Below are positions 60,548 to 64,000 of a DNA stretch of 64,000 nt, in pieces. The notes beneath the pieces were generated by a model. That model was not told where the DNA came from and did no database searches. It was given only the letters and a program-made list of their open reading frames with translations. Position 1 is the stretch's first letter; each line of letters starts with the position of its first letter. The DNA comes from a bacterium (GTDB lineage Bacteria; UBA8248). The translations under genes and the position numbers were made by a program. The DNA is taken from contig OZ241875.1 of the NCBI GenBank assembly GCA_965203325.1, positions 1,504,001 to 1,568,000 on the forward strand, read 5' to 3'.

Positions 60548-62896
60548 CTATTCAGCATCACTAAACCTTACTTTTCCTCCGCTAGATTCAACAGCTTCGA
60601 TTATGATCTTCCGTATCTCGGACAGAAACTTTCTTGACAGCGGGGGCATCACAGCTTCGGGAAGCGGTGCCGTCTCGTCATAGATATTGCGGATATCACG
60701 GGTTCGCAGGCGTGTGGAACCCCTGCCGCGACGATCATAGGCAGTCCGCCAATCTTCAAGATGTTCTTTGATCAAACGTCGATGAGCCAAACCATCTATA
60801 GCCCCGGATACTCTTTCCCGCACACTTTCGATCGCCGCTTGCCTCTCTCTTTCATCCCCCTCATTCTTGAGTTCACGAGTCCAACTGGTCGGCTGGTCCA
60901 GAAACCGCGAAATGGATTCAGTCAATCGATCACTCAGATCCGCAACGGGACGAAGTTCAACATATTCGACGTTGAGTTCGTCCGCGATGCGTCGATTGAG
61001 AGCTTTGATACTAGCCCAGTGTGCCTTATTTGTTCCTTCGTAACTGCCGAACCCAAGTATAGCCAGCCAACGATTCTGAAATTTCTCAACCGCTTCTCTC
61101 ACAGCAAGAGCAATGCCGTCTGTGTCGTAGACAGGACAGGCTTCGGACAATGGCGTTGGTGAGATAGCTTGCTCACAGAATTGGGTCAGTCTCTTCATTT
61201 CTTCTTGCACGAAATTGTTTGCCGCTGGAGGTAACTTGGAAAGTTTCTTATCGACGCCGCCGAGTATGAAACATCGGCCGTCAATTTCCTGTTCCATGCT
61301 TCTGGCGACTGGTTCACTTAGAATGTCCATGTCCCTCAAGCTGGATAGAGCATTCCGGACTGAATCCATAACATGGTTCCGCTTGTCGCTGAATGTTCGA
61401 AGATTTTGCCCCTTTATCTGATCAAAGTGAGTAAAAGCGATTGCGGTTTTGCTGTTGTGGCCACGAGTGGCAACAGCGCGGAGCACTGAAAGAGGAGCAG
61501 CCTGCATCGGCTGCTGAGCATTGTCTACGAGGAGAATGACGTCTGCTTGGTTAAACCGCTCGGTGATATGAGTGGGGACACTAGAGGAAGAATCCGCCGT
61601 ATGCCCCAAGCCTTGTCCGTCTATGAGTACTAGTTTTGGTGTATCGTTGGAAAAGTCTGGAAACAAAGGCCCTTTAACGCGAATCCCCTCTACGAGGGGT
61701 GTCAACAATCGACCAAAATCCCGCCAAAAATTGCTGGAGAACCAGCGGATATTGCGAATGAATTCATCCCGGTCTTCTGTGTTGAACAACCAAAATATGG
61801 GCCACCCCTCCGAGGAATGCCGACATATCTCTCCCGCTTTCAAAAGGTCGAACCGCGCCCGGAGCGCATCCAACACATTATGGACAAGCGCATAATAATG
61901 ATCGTCATTGCTGATGTAGGTGTCGAGTTCTTCTTCGATTAACTGCTTCGCTGCATCACGGTCGGGGTTAGCAGGATTATCGAAATCAACGCCGAGGTCG
62001 GCTGATAATCGTTCGCGGGCTCTCTTTGTCAACTGCAAGATCTGATCGATGAACCCTTCAAGAACGTCCCGGTTTTCGGCTCTTTCACCATCCGTGAGAC
62101 CCGTTTCTTCATTAGTGTTTGGGCTCACGCTCACATCTTCCTCATAATCGAAAGAAAACTCATCTTCTTCACTGTGCTGTTCAGTGGCCTCTCGCCATCC
62201 CCCGAGAACATAGCTGAGACGGAATTTTTGGTCGCGATGATTCAGGAAGCGTTCGGCTATTTTGTCTCTGAGAGCACCTTCGTACGCAGCAAGACAGGCA
62301 TCAATGATGCATTCTTCTACGTTCGCTTGAACCTGAAACTCGGTAAAGAATGTAACGACAGCCTCAAAACTGCCCTCTGCCTGCACGACTTCGATGTCGG
62401 CAATCGTAGTCTTGTTAGGGGCTGTTGACGGGAACCGGTCATTATCGGGGTCCGATCCGATAAGTTGCCTTAGCAGCGAAGTCTTTCCGGCCCCGGTCGT
62501 CCCAACGAATAAAACGCGTGAATAGCCATCTTCCTTTCTAGGAAGTGGGATGTGGACTTCTCGCAGGTCTCCCGGCTTGGATCGCCCGGCTTGGATCGCA
62601 TCATAGAATGCGTTGACAATGACCTTTGAGAAGCGTTGCTCCGCTTCGGGACGTTTGGTGCTGTTCCACCAGGATCGGTCAGAAAGAATCGTATTCATTT
62701 CAGCAACTAGACTATCCGCCTCGATTTCGTTTTCCGTCCCCAGACCACGACGCATTTTGAGACCCGTCTTCCCTTTGGCGTCCTTTCGGAGGGGATGACG
62801 AAAGCTGATTGACCATCCTGGACGATTCGTGCGTGATTTCGAGGCGGTATAGGTTCGGTCAGGCGCGTCATTGTTTTTTGCCACTTTTCTCACCAT
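60548..62896 (-). CDS. Large P-loop GTPase-domain protein with N-terminal putative DNA-binding domain (candidate defence protein)
   Basis: G1 GTTGAGKT, G2 KTT, G3 DGQG, G4-like THFD; helical C-terminus; visibly lower GC than flanks; AGGAGG RBS. Confidence 0.8.
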   Translation of the reverse strand: MVRKVAKNNDAPDRTYTASKSRTNRPGWSISFRHPLRKDAKGKTGLKMRRGLGTENEIEADSLVAEMNTILSDRSWWNSTKRPEAEQRFSKVIVNAFYDAIQAGRSKPGDLREVHIPLPRKEDGYSRVLFVGTTGAGKTSLLRQLIGSDPDNDRFPSTAPNKTTIADIEVVQAEGSFEAVVTFFTEFQVQANVEECIIDACLAAYEGALRDKIAERFLNHRDQKFRLSYVLGGWREATEQHSEEDEFSFDYEEDVSVSPNTNEETGLTDGERAENRDVLEGFIDQILQLTKRARERLSADLGVDFDNPANPDRDAAKQLIEEELDTYISNDDHYYALVHNVLDALRARFDLLKAGEICRHSSEGWPIFWLFNTEDRDEFIRNIRWFSSNFWRDFGRLLTPLVEGIRVKGPLFPDFSNDTPKLVLIDGQGLGHTADSSSSVPTHITERFNQADVILLVDNAQQPMQAAPLSVLRAVATRGHNSKTAIAFTHFDQIKGQNLRTFSDKRNHVMDSVRNALSSLRDMDILSEPVARSMEQEIDGRCFILGGVDKKLSKLPPAANNFVQEEMKRLTQFCEQAISPTPLSEACPVYDTDGIALAVREAVEKFQNRWLAILGFGSYEGTNKAHWASIKALNRRIADELNVEYVELRPVADLSDRLTESISRFLDQPTSWTRELKNEGDERERQAAIESVRERVSGAIDGLAHRRLIKEHLEDWRTAYDRRGRGSTRLRTRDIRNIYDETAPLPEAVMPPLSRKFLSEIRKIIIEAVESSGGKVRFSDAE

Positions 62897-62934
62897 TCAA
62901 TCCTCCTAATGAATGTATCCCGAAACAACAATGC

Positions 62935-63006
62935 GTTGTTCCTTGTTGTGGCAATATATGACGAACGCAGGATTTTGTCAAGAATTTTAGTACAACTCGG
63001 AACAAC
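62935..63006 (-). promoter_or_regulatory. Sigma70 promoter flanked by inverted 15-bp operator-like repeats
   Basis: TTGACA (62981-62976)-N17-TATATT (62958-62953); GTTGTTCCTTGTTGT (62935-62949) and ACAACTCGGAACAAC (62992-63006). Confidence 0.7.
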
Positions 63007-63077
63007 ATTTTTAGAATAAATTAAAGAGTAAGTTCATCTCACCAAAAAACAACCCCACCAACCATCCGTGTATGACT

Positions 63078-63581
63078 CTATGAAAGACCCTCCTGCGCAT
63101 CCCGCCAGGCGGGGCGGCTGCCGGGGAACATGTCCGAATCGTGGAACACCTCGATGCGGTTGCCGTCGGGGTCCAGGAAATATATGCCTTCGTGTCCGCC
63201 CCAGAGGCCGTTGCTCGCATCGAGGCGCAAGGGGCCCCAGACGACCTCGATGTCGGGGCGCGAGCGGATGTAGGCCACCGCGTCGTCGAACGCTTGCTGG
63301 TCGGCCACCTCGAACGCGAGGTGGTGCAGGCCTACGTCGCGGCGCGGCACGGTGTCCTCGCCTTCTTCTTCCACCCAGTCTTCGGGCACGCTGAATATCG
63401 CCAGTTGGTGGTGGTAGTCATCCAGATACATGAACGCCGAGCCGAACGGCGCCGCCGGGTGGCTGCCCGCCTCGTGGCGCGAGCGCAGCTTGAAGCCCAG
63501 GACTTCGGAATAGAACTTGATGGCGCGATCCAGATCGCGCACCTTGATGCCCATGTGCTGCAGGCGGATGGAGCGAATCAT
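63078..63581 (-). CDS. VOC/glyoxalase family protein
   Basis: LQHMGIKVRDL, FYSEVLGF, HHQLA, GLHHLAFEV, YFLDPDGNRIEV. Confidence 0.88.
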   Translation of the reverse strand: MIRSIRLQHMGIKVRDLDRAIKFYSEVLGFKLRSRHEAGSHPAAPFGSAFMYLDDYHHQLAIFSVPEDWVEEEGEDTVPRRDVGLHHLAFEVADQQAFDDAVAYIRSRPDIEVVWGPLRLDASNGLWGGHEGIYFLDPDGNRIEVFHDSDMFPGSRPAWRDAQEGLS

Positions 63582-63806
63582 CGAAGGCCTCCCGAGAGTA
63601 TGACCCGATAAGCGAAAGCAGCTCAGCGTTTGGTTCGAGGATACGCGATCCGCCCGCCGGCGTCATCGCCCGGACAGTCCCCTCATGGCCGATCCCCCGC
63701 CGCCCTTGCCGAGATGGCCCAAGTGGAGTATTCCATGAGGGCACGGGAACCCATATCGGTCGATTCCGCAATTTCAGATGTTTTTCCTCGCATGGAGGTC
63801 TTCGCC

Positions 63807-64000
63807 TTGCCCATCATCACGAACGAGACGAAAAGAAAATCCTACGCCGGAGAGGTCACCCTGGGCGCGGGCGTGCGCATGGCGCGAACGGTGGAGGTCG
63901 GCCTCGCCATGAAGGCCGCCGGCTTCGACTGGCTCTTCATCGATCTCGAACACGGACCCTTCGATCTGGAAACCGCACAGCAGATATCCATCGCCGCCCT
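63807..64000 (+). CDS. HpcH/HpaI aldolase family protein, 5' part (runs off window end)
   Basis: Manual translation from TTG after GGAGG: ...AGFDWLFIDLEHG... Confidence 0.8.
   Translation, partial: MPIITNETKRKSYAGEVTLGAGVRMARTVEVGLAMKAAGFDWLFIDLEHGPFDLETAQQISIAA

Overview
High-GC chromosomal window from a diderm bacterium. The gene content (futalosine-type menaquinone late steps, class-V aminotransferase-serA-hisZ-purA, tatBC) resembles deltaproteobacteria/Nitrospinota-like lineages, but this is inference only. Positions 1-28.3 kb are mostly minus-strand housekeeping genes: a PDH E1-like enzyme, menG/mqnP/mqnL-like genes, gatC, a pcrA/uvrD helicase, an unusual GlcNAc cluster with three GlmU-related genes plus glmS and a long glmM, a degenerate NtrC-like regulator, a CoA ligase/thiolase/DUF35 trio, a DEDDh-GIY-YIG nuclease, tatBC, acyP, ccdA, purA, hisZ and serA. 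The best-supported unusual feature is a complete IS110-family (IS1111 subgroup) element at about 28510-29884 inserted exactly into a REP palindrome. Its 3' non-coding region contains readable target and donor guide sequences (bridge/seekRNA), and a promoter forms across its circle junction. After it come a porin, FG-GAP and TMTC-like genes, TPP riboswitch-thiC, flavin monooxygenases, a candidate 6S-like RNA, a deaminase and a creatininase. An approximately 800-bp diverged direct duplication encloses an orphan AbiEi antitoxin and a truncated toxin. The rest comprises a DUF1302/DUF1329/YCF48/RND operon, a sugar-type ABC transporter, and a lower-GC stand-alone 782-aa GTPase with a strong, operator-flanked promoter (candidate defence gene). 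Several REP/MITE-like composite repeats are present. No CRISPR array, tRNA or rRNA was seen.
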